NCBI GenBank assembly: GCA_030390025.1
Contig: CM059431.1
Coordinates: forward strand, 97,404,001 to 97,468,000
Length of the DNA stretch: 64,000 bases
Direction: 5' to 3'
Source: Squalus acanthias
Lineage: Eukaryota
A model generated the notes under the pieces. It was not told the DNA's origin and searched no databases. It worked only from the letters and a program-made list of their open reading frames with translations. The translations under genes and the position numbers were made by a program. Numbering within the stretch: position 1 is the stretch's first letter; each line of letters starts with the position of its first letter. This document shows positions 46,397 through 59,649 of the stretch, in pieces.

Positions 46397-46610
46397 TCAA
46401 ATACAAAAGCAAAATACTGCAGATGCTGGAAATCTGAAATAAAAAGAGAAAATGCTGGAAATACTCAGCAGGTCAGGCAGCATATGTGGAGAGAGAAACA
46501 GAGTTAACGTTTCAGGTCGATGACCCTTCATCAGAACTGGAAAAGGTTGGAGATGGAACAAGTTTTTAAGCAAGTGTAGGGGCAGGGAAAGGGGGGAGGG
46601 GATCAAAGAT
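46397..46610 (-). mobile_element. Penelope pseudo-LTR fragment inside the CR1
   Basis: Homologous to 60947-61110. Confidence 0.85.
46502..46538 (-). ncRNA. Minimal type I hammerhead ribozyme
   Basis: AGUU-CUGAUGA-a-GGGUC auc GACCU-GAAA-CG-UU-AACU. Confidence 0.8.
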
Positions 46611-48138
46611 TGGAATCAAAGATTGGCAGGCAAAACTGTAATCGAACAATGGGCTGCCTTTAAAGAAGAGATGGTTCGGGTACAGTTGAGGTACATTCCC
46701 ACGATGGGGAAAGGTAGGTCAACTAAAGTCAGAGCTCCCTGGATGACAAAAGAGATAGAGAGTAAGATGAAGCAGAAAAAGGGGGCGTATGACAGATGTC
46801 AGGTTGAGAATACAAGTGAGAATCAGGCTAAATATAGCAAGTTCAGAGGGGAAGTGAAAAAGGAAATAAGAGGGGCAAAGAGAGAGTATGAAACTAGTCT
46901 CTAACATAAAAGGGAATCCAAAAGTCTTCTATAGGCATATAAATAATAAACAGGTCGTAAGAGGAGGGACGGGGCCGATTAGGGACAAAAATGGAGACCT
47001 ACGCATGGAGGCAGAGGACATGGCTGAGGTACTAAATGAGTACTTTGCATCTGTCTTCACCAAGGAAGAAGATTCTGCCAAAGTCATAGTGAAAGAGGAG
47101 GTAGTTGAGATACTGGATGGGATAAAATTGATAAAGAGGAGGTGCTAGAAAGTCTGGCTGTACTTAAATTAGATAAGTCACCAGGACCGGCTGGGATGCA
47201 TCCTAGGATGCTGAGGGAAGTAAAGGTGAAAATTGCGGAGGTACTGGCCATAATCTTCCGATCTTCCTTAGATACGGGGGTGGTGCCAGAGGACTGGAGA
47301 ATTGCAAATGTTACACCCTTGTTCAAAAAAGGGTGTGAGGATAAACCCAGCAACTACAGGCCAGTCAGTTTGACCTCGGTAGTGGGAAAACTTTTAGAAA
47401 CGATAATCCGGGACAAAATTAACAGTCATTTTGACAAGCGTGGATTAATTAAGGAAAGCCAGCACAGATTTGTTAAAGGCAAATCGTGTTTAACTAAATT
47501 GATTGAGTTTTTGATGAGGTAACAGAGAGGGTTGATGAGGGCAATGCAGTTGACGTAGTGTACATGGATTTCCAAAAGGCGTTCGACAAAGTGCCACATA
47601 ATAGGCTTGCCAGCAAAGTTGAAGCCCATGGAATAAAAGGGACAGTGGCAGCATGGATACGAGGTTGGCTGAGTGACAGGAAACAGAGAGTAGTGGTGAA
47701 CGGTTGTTTTTCGGACTGGAGGAAGGTATACAGTGGTGTTCCCCAGGGGTCGATTCTAGGACCACTGCTTTTCTTGATACATATTAATGACTTGGACGTG
47801 GGTGTACAGGGCGCAATTTCAAAATTTGCAGATGACACAAAACTTGGAAGTATAGTGAATAGTGAGGAGGATAGTGATAGACTTCAAGAAGACATAGACA
47901 GGCTGGAGAAGTGGGTGGACACATGGCAGATGAAATTTAACGCAGAAAAGTGCGAAGTGACACAGATTGGTAGGAAGAACGAGGAGAGGCAATATAAAAT
48001 AAAGGATACAATTCTAAAGGGGGTGCAGGAACAGAGAGACCTGGGGATATGTGTGCACAAATCATTGAAGGTGGCAGGGCAGGTTGAGATAGCAGTTAAA
48101 GAAGCATACGGGATGTGGGCTTCATAAATAGAGGCATA

Positions 48139-48892
48139 GGGCTGGATTTTCAATGACCCGTGGAGTCGGGTTTGGAGGCGTGTGGGGGGTTAAAGTTGCA
48201 GATTCGGGGGTCCCGACCCCATCCCGACTCCATTCCGCCTCCACGCAATTTTGACAAAATCGGTCGCGGAGTTCCCGACTCTGTCCCACCTCCAAGAGGC
48301 GGGAGAGGTCATTAAAGCCCTTAACAAGCCCTAAATTGGCTCTGTAATGCCATTTTGAAACGTTTTAGCTAGTTTAACCTTTTTCCGACGTGAAGTACGC
48401 CTGATGTGAAACACGCCAGTGAAACCTGGCGGGAGCACATTTGGATAGCTGACTATCAGTTGCAGGTCCACTATTACAACGGAGATGTGATGAAGGTAGT
48501 AGTAGTATTAGGTCTGAAAGTCGCCTCTGATGCTGCTGCATTGAATGTCTTCAGAGACTGCCTGGGAGGACTTGGTTGCAAAAATTCTCTCTCTCTCTCA
48601 CTCTCTCTCTCTCTCTCTCTCTGAGATGCTGCTCATTTTGCATCCAGGTCCTCTCACAGCAAAGGCCAGGCAATCTCTGAGACCAGGCAGTCTCTGACCT
48701 GCAATGATGACATCATCAGAGGCGACTTTCAGACTGAAACCACTAATTGGTTCATGGGTTCCCACATGCTGGAACTCAATTGCCCAATTAAGTGAAAATT
48801 GCATCAATCTCCCACATCCAATTGCAGTCGGGTGGATAACACGAAATGCGGATGACACGACCCCAATCCTCCCCAGTATCAAAATCCAGCCC
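48139..48892. mobile_element. Non-autonomous Harbinger element (MITE)
   Basis: Perfect 12-bp TIR GGGCTGGATTTT, 3-bp TSD ATA; splits the CR1 RT. Confidence 0.92.
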
Positions 48893-50355
48893 ATAGAGTA
48901 CCAAAGCAAGGAGGCTATGATGAGCCTTTATAAAACACTGGTCCGACCTCAACTGGAGTATTGTGTCCAATTCTGGGCACTGCACTTTAGGAAGGATGTG
49001 AAGGCCTTAGAGAGGGTTCGGAAAAGATTTAAAAGAATGGTTCCAGGGATGAGGGTCTTCAGTTACGTGGATAGACTGGAGAAGCTGGGGTTGTTCTCCT
49101 TAGAACAGAGAAGGTTGAGAGGAGATTTGATAGAGGTGTTCAAAATCATGAGGGGTCTGGACAGAGTAGACAGAGAGGAATTGTTCCCATTGGCGGAAGG
49201 GTCGAGAACCAGAGGACACAGATTTAAAGTGATTGGCAGAAGAACCAAAGGCGACATGTGGAAAAACTTTTTTATGCAGTGTGTGGTTAGGATCTGGAAT
49301 GCACTGCCTGAAAGGGTGGTAGAGGCAGATTCAATCGTGGCTTTCAAAAGGGAATTGGATAAGTACTTTAAGGAAAAAAATTTACAGGGCTATGGGGAAA
49401 GGGCAGGGGAGTGGGACTAGCTGAAGTGCTCTTGCAGAGAGACGGCATGGGCTTGATGGGCTGAATGGCCTCCTTCTGTGCTGTAACCATTCTATGATTC
49501 TATTCTATGATTCTAAGTGGCAGAGGCAGCTGAACGGATGGTCTCAATCTTAGAGATAAAGAATTCCATGAGCTCCTCACACTTGTTGGTCGGAGGTGAG
49601 GGTGGAGGAGACAGGGGAGAGGGGTTTAAGAAGACGGTTAGCAGTAGAGAATAGGAGCCGGGGTTTATCTTTGCATTCCAGAATGATTCTGGAATAGTGA
49701 GCAATTTTGGCAGATGAGAGCAGGACCTGATAATGCTTTATGTGGTCCAGCCAGATCTGGCGGTGAATGGCTAAACCAGTTGTCCGCCATATCCGTTCAA
49801 GTCTGCGTCCCTTGGACGTAAGAGAGCGAAGATGAGGGCCATAGCAGGGGGAACGGCCAGGGTGAGAGAGAGTGATTGTTTTAATAGGGACTAGGGCATC
49901 AAAGGTGGTGGTGAGGGTGTGGTTGAGTAGATCGGTAGCTGCAGAAATGTCGTGGTGAATGGAGGACCAAAGGCTAGACAGATGGGATTCTGTAAGTGCA
50001 GTTGTAAGAGAGTTGGGAGAGACATTTTTCCATGGGCGGACACAGAAGGAAGTAGGGTTGGGGGGGGTGGGGGGTGGGGGTGGGGGGAAGGGGGAATGTG
50101 GGTGGAGAGCTATATGAGGAAGTGGTCAGAGATGGCCTTATCTGCGATTGACACGATGGGAGTAGCGAGGCCACGAGAGATGGCAATGTCGAGGAGGTGG
50201 TCGTGAATATGGGTTGTGGAGTTTACATGGAGAGAGAGATTAAGGGAGGGTAGGAGGCTAGTGAACTCAGAGGAGAGAGAGCATGATGAATTGAGATGGA
50301 GGTTGAAATCACCGAGGATGAGAAGTCGTTCGGTGTAGAGGCTGAGGGAGGAAAG

Positions 50356-50935
50356 TGTTGGACATCCTGGAGAGATGTATATTGGACATCTTGGGGAGTT
50401 AAAAGTTTAACAGTCAAACTTCTTTATAAAACAGGATGATATTGAAGTGTGGTGAGGAGAAGGCATTGCTTGGTTTCTGAGATATAAAGTGCTTGTGTAA
50501 GGGAATGAGTGTTAGTAATGACGTCACGCACGCGTAATTTAGTTTTAGGGTAATAAAACAGGGGTAGCGAGTCCTTTTGCGAAAGATAACAGTCGGTAAA
50601 GGAAGTTTAGTTTAAGGGAAGTGGTTCTGAGGTAAACAATTGCAAACTATTTACATAGATAATCTGTTTTCAGAGGATTTATGAAATTGTTACGTCATTT
50701 TGACATTTTCCTTTGATTTAGTCAAAATATGGTGTATAAAGAAGCACAGTTTTCAACAGTTTGTCAGAGTGTACTTGAAAGATACAGAAACCAAATATCC
50801 ACTCTCTGTGTACAGTTAAAGGCCGATCACTTTAATGTGTATCAATAACGTCTGTTCCGTATACTCCACAATGAATTCTCATGCTTACTCAAAACGTGTT
50901 GTTGTGAACCAGAGGGGAAAGGAGGTTGCTTAACA
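50356..50935 (+). mobile_element. Probable solo LTR (580 bp) in the L2 endonuclease region
   Basis: TGTT...AACA termini, TATAAA at ~50735, and L2 resumes on both sides. The TSD is imperfect. Confidence 0.65.
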
Positions 50936-52699
50936 GAGCAGTGAAGATATCTCAGTGATAAAATATTTACGATACCTGGGTGTGCGGTAGAGAACGAGAA
51001 TTTTAAATGAGAGGTGAGAGGGGTGGAATAAGGTGAGATGCTCAAAGGAGGAGAAAGTGCCGGAGGAGTAGGGGGACAGACCAAGGTGTGATTTGTTGAT
51101 GAGAGCCACACCGCCACCATGGCGGTCTGAGCGGGGCAAGTGGTGGAAGGTATAGCCAGGAGGGGAGGCTTCATTTAAGGGTAAGGTGTCATCACCCCAC
51201 AACCAAGTTTTCGTCAGGGCCATGATGTCGATGTAATCAACCACGATAAGCTCATGGATGGGAAGGGCCTTGTTCGCAAGTGAACAGACATTCTGGAGGG
51301 AGATGCGGAGAGTGTCGGTGATGGCTACCCCACTGCCAGCATCCACAGGGTCAGTGCTGCGGGGGTGGGGGGGGGGGTGTGGGGGAGTGATTTGGATGGG
51401 GAGGAGATTGGCAAGATTAGCCCCCAATGGGCGCACTGGGCAGGGAAGGTCGGTGAGAGTGTAGAATGGGATGGTTGAGTTTGCTGCTCGTGAGGAGGCA
51501 GCGACGAGTGCCTGAATTACCAAAATCAGCATATCAGCAGTGTGGAGCCAGAGCTTTGAGCAGAGGCATTATGCTACATCTGGGAACCAGAGATTTCAAT
51601 TAGGAGGCAAATCACTCTGGAAGAGATCAAGTACTTCACCATTTCCCAGAGGGACCAAGCAGGCTACTGTCTTCAAATCCAAGTAATCAGGGTGATGTCA
51701 ACAGAACATTTCAAACCATCTGCTGCTAAATTGCCGTTTACGTCTCCAATCTCAATATTTACAGAGCACTGATCAGCTCCAGGGACCAGCGTGGCTGTTT
51801 GCCCGGGGATTGTGGGGGTATCACGGTAGGTGTGTTTTATCAGGCTAATTAATAATAAGCACCTGTTTCGTTGCTGAGTTGCTGGCACAGGCAGTGGGCT
51901 CAAACTCTCTATAACTGTGCTGAACAGATCTCAGCTGCTTTGAATTTGTTGATGTTACAGCTGATGCCCAAACAGGAATGAGCTGGCAGATCTGTCCGTG
52001 AATTGCCAGGTCGGACTGGCAGTGAGTGGGGTGGCAGAGCACGGGGAACGGTGGCGATGCTGATAGAATGGAACCTGGACAAGTTTTAATTTAACCATCT
52101 TCCTTATAAATTCTCTTTAAAAAGTAATTAACTCTCTGTGAGGTTCCACTGCACACTCACACATTCTGAAAATAGTCGCTTCTGAAATTTCACAAGGAAA
52201 GGAACTCCATGAAAGAAGCTGTAGACCAGGAATACTTGCGACTTCAAAATAATAAAAACATCGTTTGTGGATTAGAATAACCTATTGTCATGCTTGAAGT
52301 CATTAATCTGACCTCAGCATTAGCAGGATGTTGGTCTGCTTCCGACCGGAGAGTCAGACACTCACTCCTCGTTAAATAGTGTCTACTCGATACAAGAGGC
52401 TCCTGCCTTCTGGCAGTCCAGACTATGAAAGGGTCACTTGGCATTCAGACCCAGTGTGTGCAAAAGGAATAAAAATCATTTGAGATGGGTACCCGGGCTA
52501 AAACCAGCCACTCTTTTAAAAAGGAAAAGAAGTGTAATTTGAACTGAGAAAAGGGGCACGGATTTGGGGACAGGAGTATTGTTCGGTGGGGAGACTGAGT
52601 CAGGGCCAAGATACCAATGAGATTGTTTTGCGGAATGTTTAAAAACCGAAGAATTCTCTGGGTTTTTTTAAAGCACAGATTGAATGTTACAGAGTAAAT

Positions 52700-52985
52700 G
52701 GGCTCGATTTTAATAGCCCTGAGGAGGCGGGTTTGGAGGTGGGTCTGTTGGGAAAATCGGAAAAAATGGCTTCAGACACCCAACCCACCTCCATCCCGCC
52801 CCCACCCGATTTTCGTGGGTGTCTGTTTAGCCGCTCCCAAACTGACACATCTGGAACCGATGGGACAGGTAGTTAAGGCAGTTAACTGCCTTGCTAATCC
52901 TATTTTCATCGTGGTTTCCCATTTTCGGGCTTCTGGCTCCTGTTTCCCGACTTGTCAGAAACAGTCCAGGTTCAAGGAGACAAGT
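52700..52985. mobile_element. Harbinger-type terminal fragment
   Basis: Begins GGGCTCGATTTT, matching the TIR family above. Confidence 0.6.
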
Positions 52986-52987
52986 TT

Positions 52988-53721
52988 ATTTTTTATTCGT
53001 TTATGGGATGTGGGCGTCACTGGCAAGGCCAGCATTTATTGCCCATCCCTAGTTGCCCTTGAGAAGGTGGTGGTGAGCCGCCTTCTTGAACCGCTGCAGT
53101 CCGTATGGTGAAGGTACTCCCACAGTGCTGTTAGGGAGGGAATTCCAGGATTTGGACCCAGTGACGATGAAGGAACGGCGATATACTTCTAAGTCAGGAT
53201 GGTGTGTGACTTGGAGGGGAACTTGGAGGTGGTGGTGTTCCCATGCGCCTGCTGCCCTTGTCCTTCTAGGTGGTAGAGGTCAAGGGTTTGGGAGGTGCTG
53301 CCGAAGAAGCCTTGGCGAGTTGCTGCAGTGCATCTTGTAGATGGTACACACTGCAGCCACGGTACGCCGGTGGTGGAGGGAGTGAATGTTTAAGGTGGTG
53401 GACGGGGTGCCAATCAAATGGGCTGCTTTGTCCTGGATGGTGTCGAGCTTCTTGAGTGTTGTTGGAGTTGCACTCATCCAGGCAAGTGGAGAGTATTCCA
53501 TCACACTCCTGACTTGTGCTTTGTAGATGGTGGAAAGGCTTTGGGGAGTCAGGAGGTGAGACACTCGCCGCAGAAAACCTAGCCTCTGACCTGCTCTTGT
53601 TGCCACAGTATTTATTTGGCTGGTCCAGTTAAGTTTCTGGTCAATGGTGATCCCAAGGATGTTGATCTTGGGGGATTCAGCGATGGTAATGCTGTTGAAT
53701 GTCAAGGGGAGGTGGTTAGAC
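52988..53721 (-). mobile_element. CR1/L2-group LINE 3' fragment
   Basis: ILGITID.KL.W..YKAQVRSVMEYSPLAW..LD.IQ.KA..L.HRR: RT thumb and C-terminal region. Confidence 0.8.
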
Positions 53722-54344
53722 TGCCGGAGGACATGATTTGTATGCATTGGTGGAGCGCTTTAAAAGCGCCCCTGAAACATGGCTGACATTCAAATGCAAC
53801 AACTTTGCTGTTCAGGTAAGGGATAACCTTTTGCATATCTACTGACCTTCTGACTGTTCAAGCTGACACCCATCTGCAGTGTGGCATGAATGGAATAATT
53901 TCAGGCCACTTCGACTGTACGCTTGCAAGATTGTTGCCTCAAATGAAATCTATAGCAAGGGGATGGGAAACATTTATGCTCTCTCATCCTGGTCCTCATA
54001 ATCGGAGGAGTAACAGCCGTGTGGCTCAGCGCAGATCTTCCTGGGAAGAGGAGGAGGAGGAGGACGAGAGGCGCCTTGCATGCCCTGTTGTGACCAATGC
54101 AGCATCCCTCCAGTTCACTGCTGCCCATCAACCAGGGTATGCACACTGCCATGCCACATTAGCATAAGCTTACGCTTCAACCATATGGCTCTGTAATTAC
54201 AGACGACACTTGTCCAACGTCATACTTCATCTCTGCTATACCCTGTTATTTCCTATCACTTTTACCATCAGCATTACGAAAGCAAGTCGCCCTGAGCCCT
54301 CAATGTGCTTTTGCCATTTCCCATAACACATAGGCCACACAATC

Positions 54345-57300
54345 ACCTTATCGAAAGCCTTTTGGAAATCCAAATACACTACATCTACTGGTTTCCCTTT
54401 ATCCACCCTGCCCATTACATCCTCAAAGAACTCTAATAAATTCGTCAAACACGATTTCCCTTTCATACAATCAAGCAAAGTCAACATGGTTTTATTATGA
54501 TTTTTTAAATGTCCTGCTACTACTTCCTTAATAATGGATTCCAGCATTTTCCCAATGACAGATGTTAGGCTAACTGGCCTATAGTTTCCTGCTTTCTGTC
54601 TTCCTTCTTTCTTGAATATGGGCGTTACATTTGCGGTTTTCCAATCCACTGGGACATTTCCAGAGTCTAGGGAATTTTGGAAGATTACAACCAATGTATC
54701 CACTATCTCTGCAGTCACTTCTTTTAAGACCCTAGGATGCAGGCCATCAGGTCCAGGGGGCTTGTCAGCCTTTAGTCCCATTAGTTTACCTAGTACTTTT
54801 TCTCTAGTGATAGTGATTGTTTTAAGTTCCTCCCTCCCTTTTGCCCCTTGATTTTTCACTATTATTGGGATGCATTTAGTGTCTTCTACCGTGAAAACAG
54901 ATACAAAATATTTGTTCAAAGTCTCTGCCATTTCCTTGTTTCCCATTATTAATTCCCCAGTCTCATCCTCTAAGGGACCAACATTTACTTTAGCTACTCT
55001 CTTCCTTTTTATATACTTGTAGAAGCTCTTACTGCCTGTTTTTATATTTCTTGCTAGTTTACTCTCATAATCTATCTTCTCCCTCTATTATTTTTTTAGT
55101 CATCCTTTGCAAGTTTCTAAAAATGTCCCTAATCTTCTGGCCTACCACTAATCTTCACAACATTGTATGCCTTTTCTTTCAATTTGATACCATCCTTAAC
55201 TTCCTTAGTTAGCCACGGATGGTGCATCCTTCTCATAGAGCCTTTCTTTCTCACTGGAATATACCTTTGCTGAGATTTATGAAATATCTCCTTAAATGTC
55301 TGCCACTGCTGATCTACTGTCTTACCCTTTAATCTATTTTCCCAGTCCACTTTAGCCAACTCTGTCCTCATACCCTTGTAATTGCCTTTATTTAAGTTTA
55401 AGACACTAGTTTCAGACCCAAGTTTCTCACCCTCAAACTGAATGTGAAATTCCTGCATTTTATGATCACTCTTCCAAGAGGATCCTTTACTATGAGATCA
55501 TTAATTAATCCTGTCTCATTACACATTACCAGATCTAAAATAGCCTGTTCCCTGGTTGGTTCCACAATGTATTGTTCTAAGAAACTGTCCTGAATACATT
55601 TTATGAACTCGTCCTCAAGGCTACCTTTGCCAATTTGATTTGTCGAATCTATATGAAGATTAAAATCACCTACGATTATTGCAGTACCTTTCTTACAAGC
55701 CCCCATTATTTCTTGATTTATACTCTGTCTCACAGTGTAGCTACTGTTAGGGGGCCTATAGACTACTCCCACCAGTGACTTCTTTCCCTTATTATTTCTT
55801 ATCTCCACCCAAACTGATTCGACATCTTGATCTTCTGAGCAAAGATCATTTCTCACCACTGTACTGATCTCATCCTTTATTAACAGAGCTACCCCACCTC
55901 CTGTTCCTTTCTGCCTATCCTTCCGAAATGTCAAATACCCCTGAATATTCAGTTCCCAGCCTTGGTCACCTTGCAACCACGTCTCTGTAATGGCTATCAG
56001 ATCATACCCATTTATTTCTATTTGTGCCGTCAATTCAGCTATCTTGTTACGAATGCTGTGTGCATTCAGATAAAGAGCCTTTAATTTTGTCTTTTTACCA
56101 TTTTTCCCTACTCTGACCCTATTTGCTGGTGCACTTTTATGCTTGTATGCTCTGTCCCTTCCTGTCACACTCTGGTTATCATTACCCCTATCGCTACCTT
56201 GCACTATTGCCTTGTCCTTTCTCTTTAACTTTCTAAGTTTCCCCTCAGTGCTTGGGCCCCAGCTATTCACAATATATGTCAATGATTTGGATGAGGGAAC
56301 CAAATGTAATATTTCCAAGTTTGCTGATGACACAAAACTAGGTGGGATTGTGAGTTGTGAGGAGGATGAAAAGAGGCTTCAAGGCAATTTAGACAAGTTG
56401 AGTGAGTGGGCAAATACATGGCAGATGCAGTATAACGTGGATAAATGTGAAATTATCCACTTCGGTAGGAAAAACAGAAAGGTAGAGTATTATTTAAATG
56501 GTGATAGATTGGGAAATGCTGATGTACAAAGGGACCTGGGTGTCCTTGTACACCAGTCACTGAAAGCAAACATGCAGGTGGAGCAAGCAGTTAGGAAAGC
56601 AAATGGTATGTTGGCCTTCATTGCAAGGGGATTTGAGTACAGGAGCAAGGATGTCTTACTACAGTTGTACAGGGCCTTGGTGAGACCACACCTGGAGTAC
56701 CATGTGCAGTTTTGGTCTCCTTACCTAAGAAAGGATATACTTGCCATAGAGGGAGTGCAGCGAAGGTTCACCAGACTGATTCCTGGGATGGCAGGACTGT
56801 CGTGTGAGGAGAGATTGGGTCGACTAGGCCTGTATTCACTAGAGTTTAGAAGAATGAGAGGGGATCTCATTGAAACGTATAAAATTCTGACAGGGCTAGA
56901 CAGACTGGATGCAGGGAGGATGTTTCCCCTGGCTGGGGGGTCTAGAACGAGGGGTAACAGTCTCAGGATACGGGGGAGGACATTTAGGACTGAGATGAGA
57001 AATATCTTCACTCAGAGTGGTGAACCTGTGGAATTCTCTACCACAGAAGGCTGTGGAGGCCAAGTCACTGAATATATTTAAGAAGGAGATAGATAGATTT
57101 CTAGACACAAAAGGCATCAAGGGGTATGGGGAGAGAGCGGGAATATGGTATTGAGATAGAGGATCAGCCATGATCATATTGAATGGAGGAGCAGGCTCGA
57201 AGGGCCGAATGGCCGACTCCTGCTCCTATTTTTCTATGTTTCTCACCTGAACCCTCCCCCCCACTATTTAGTTTAAAGCCCTATTTATAGCCCTAGTTAT

Positions 57301-58176
57301 TCGATTCGCCAGGACACTGGTCCCAGCACGGTTCAAGTGAGGCCCATCCCAACGGAACAGCTCCCTCTTTCCCCAGTACTGGTGCCAGTGCCCCATGAAT
57401 CAAAACCCATTTCTCCCACACCAATCCTTGAGCCATGCATTCAACTCTCTGACCTTATTGACCCTATGCCAATTTGCTCGTGGCTCAGGTAGAAATCCAG
57501 AGATTATTACCTTTGTGGTTCTGCTTTATAATTTAGCCCCTAGCTGCTCAAACTCCCTCAGCAGAACCTCTTTCTTAGTCCTACCTATGTCGTTGGTACC
57601 TACGTGGACCATGACAACTTGATCCTCCCCCTCCCACTCCAAGTTCCTCTCCAGCCCGAGGAGATGTCCTTAACCCTGGCACCGGGCAGGCAACACAGCC
57701 TTCGGCACTCACGCTCTCGGCTGCAGAGAACAGTATCATTCCCCCTAACTATACTGTCCCCTACCACTACTACATTCCTTTTTACTCCCCCAAATTGAAT
57801 GGCCCCCTGTACCACGGTGCTGTGGTCAGTTTGCTGATCCTCCCTGCGGTCCCTGCTCTCGTCCACACAGGCTGCAAGAACCTCATATCTGTTGGACAAG
57901 TGCAAGGGCTGAGGCTCCTCCAATGCTAACTCCTGGATCCCCATACCTGCCTCACTCGTAGTCACACCCTCCTGTCCCTGACCACGGACCAAATCTGAAG
58001 TATTTAACCTAAGGGGTGTGACTGCCTCCTGGAACAAAGTGTCCGGGTAACTTTCTCCCTCCCTAATGTGTCGCAGTGTCCGAAGTTCGGACTCCAGCTC
58101 ATCAACTCTGAGCCGAAGTTCCTCGAGCTGCAGACACTTACTGCAGATGTGGTCGCTGCGGACCACACTGGGGTCC
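54345..58176 (-). mobile_element. CR1 LINE (ORF1, endonuclease, RT N-terminus), 3'-truncated, split by a second CR1
   Basis: ORF1 C.KC..LSNRY..VVGDSIVRG..CLPGA; YLNAHSIRNK, ITETW; NYRPVSLTS, DFQKAFDKV. Confidence 0.9.
56248..57243 (+). mobile_element. 5'-truncated CR1 inserted in the opposite orientation
   Basis: LGPQLF..FADD..LVRPHLEY, TTTCTATG tail, short (C)TCA duplication at the junctions. Confidence 0.9.
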
Positions 58177-59598
58177 TGTAAGCCTCGCTGTCCTATTCTC
58201 AGGCTTGTAGTTCGTTTTGACCCATGAATTACAAGGGGAATAATTAATGAATCACCCAAAAGCTCTTAAGTTAAATAAGGTCATTTATTAAAGGAAAAGA
58301 AGAAGAGAGAAAACAAAACAAAAAACGTTTATAGATTGAAATGGCAATACCATGCCCTTCCTAGCCTACCTGGCAATACAATGCCCTTCTTACTCTACTC
58401 TTAGTAATAAAGATGCTCTAGCAATACAATGCCCAAATATGTTCGAAGTAAATAGTCGTACAATCACCCCGAAGTGGCCAGCTCCTGTTGATTGCAGCTC
58501 TCCTCTCGACAATCGGTCGGGCTCCCTTCTTGTTGACTGTAGCTCTTCTTCCGACCACCCCCGACTGCAGTAACGAAGTTACCTTAACAGCTTCTTTTAT
58601 ATATTTTCCTTTCAATGGCGGACAGCATGTTACATCGCCAAGGTCTCATTGACCTATCGATGATAGCCTTAGATCATGATAGCCAATAATATGTTGCAGT
58701 TTTTGTTTAAACTTAAAGTTAAAGCCAGCATGTGAAGACCACAGTAACAGTTAATTGGCTGGATAGCTCACACAAATCTCAACCGTCTAGCTGGCAAACT
58801 TTCTGATCAGGATTATTTAGTAAAGAGGCCCACTAAGATCTGTGTTATCTCGTCAAGGCCTAATCCCTCATTGTTTAAACAGACATCTCCTTTAGCTACA
58901 CAATGGGCTCGATTTTGTCATTGGGGCGGGCTGGGGTCGTGTCATCCACTTTTCGTGTTAGCCACCCGACTCCAATTGGATGTGGGAGAATTATGTGATT
59001 TTTCCCCTAATTGGGCAATTGAGTTCCAGCATGTGGGAACCCATGACCCAATTAGTGTTTTCAGTCTGAAAGTCGCCTCTGATGATGTCATCATTGCTGC
59101 TGCATTTAAGGTCTCCTCCTCCTCCTCCTCCCCCTCCTCCTCCCAGAATGATGATTGATCAAATCTCCTTCTTAATGGTGGACCTGCAGCTGATAGTCAG
59201 CAATCCAAGTGTGCTACCACCAGGTTTCACCGTCGTGTTTCAGAGGAGGCGTGCATCACGTCGGAAAAGTCTTAAAATCAGAAAGGCCTCTCAAAATGGG
59301 ATTATAGAGGCAATTAAGTGATTGTTAAGGGCCTTAAAGGCCTATCCCGCCTCTTGGAGACGGGATCAGAAACCACACATTTGGGAAAATTGCTCGGAGG
59401 CGGGGTCGGGCCCGCCCCGCCCGCCATTTTTTGCAATTTTAACACCCCACACGCCTCCATTCCCGCCTCCTCGGGCCTGGCAAAATCTTTGTTCCTTATT
59501 GATAGCACGTCTGGTTTCACTGCTTTACTATAACTCTTGCAAGTTTTAATGTCCAGCTTGAAAATTGTGTCAAAAGAAAAAGGCTTCTCTTCCTTACA
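58177..59598 (-). repeat. 3' LTR of a second retrovirus-like element (~840 bp excluding the inserted MITE)
   Basis: TGTAAG...CTTACA termini. PPT GAGGGAGGAC immediately upstream on the minus strand (59599-59608). TATATAAAA at ~58595-58603 and AATAAA at ~58284-58289, both minus strand. Confidence 0.82.
58905..59488. mobile_element. Harbinger MITE related to 48139-48892, opposite orientation, one TIR clipped
   Basis: Starts GGGCTCGATTTT; 59010-59100 is the reverse complement of ~48700-48790. Confidence 0.8.
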
Positions 59599-59649
59599 GT
59601 CCTCCCTCAAGTGTCTATTGTGATTGACACACTACGACACTTTTAATAG

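Larger units (their letters stand above)
45264..49512 (+). mobile_element. CR1 LINE, 5'-truncated and degenerate, inserted in the L2
   Basis: ORF1 esterase tail, endonuclease (YVNARS..NK, ITETW, GGGVA), RT (DFQKAFDKV, GVPQGS, FADD), ATTCTATG tail, and AAGT at both junctions. Confidence 0.92.
44344..51530 (-). mobile_element. L2 LINE ORF2 (endonuclease-RT) in three pieces: 44344-45263, 49513-50355, 50936-~51530
   Basis: NYRPIS.L, LDLSAAFDTVDH, GVPQGS.LGP and YADD. Endonuclease motifs LQNV.SL.NK, TW, GGGVA, LYR. The reading continues across the two insertions. Confidence 0.85.

Noticed and set aside
48704..49420. 238-aa ORF as a novel gene
   Set aside because: Chance read-in from the MITE into the CR1 RT C-terminus.
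53722..54344. Harbinger transposase 5' region
   Set aside because: Position after a TIR fragment is suggestive, but no DDE transposase motif could be read.
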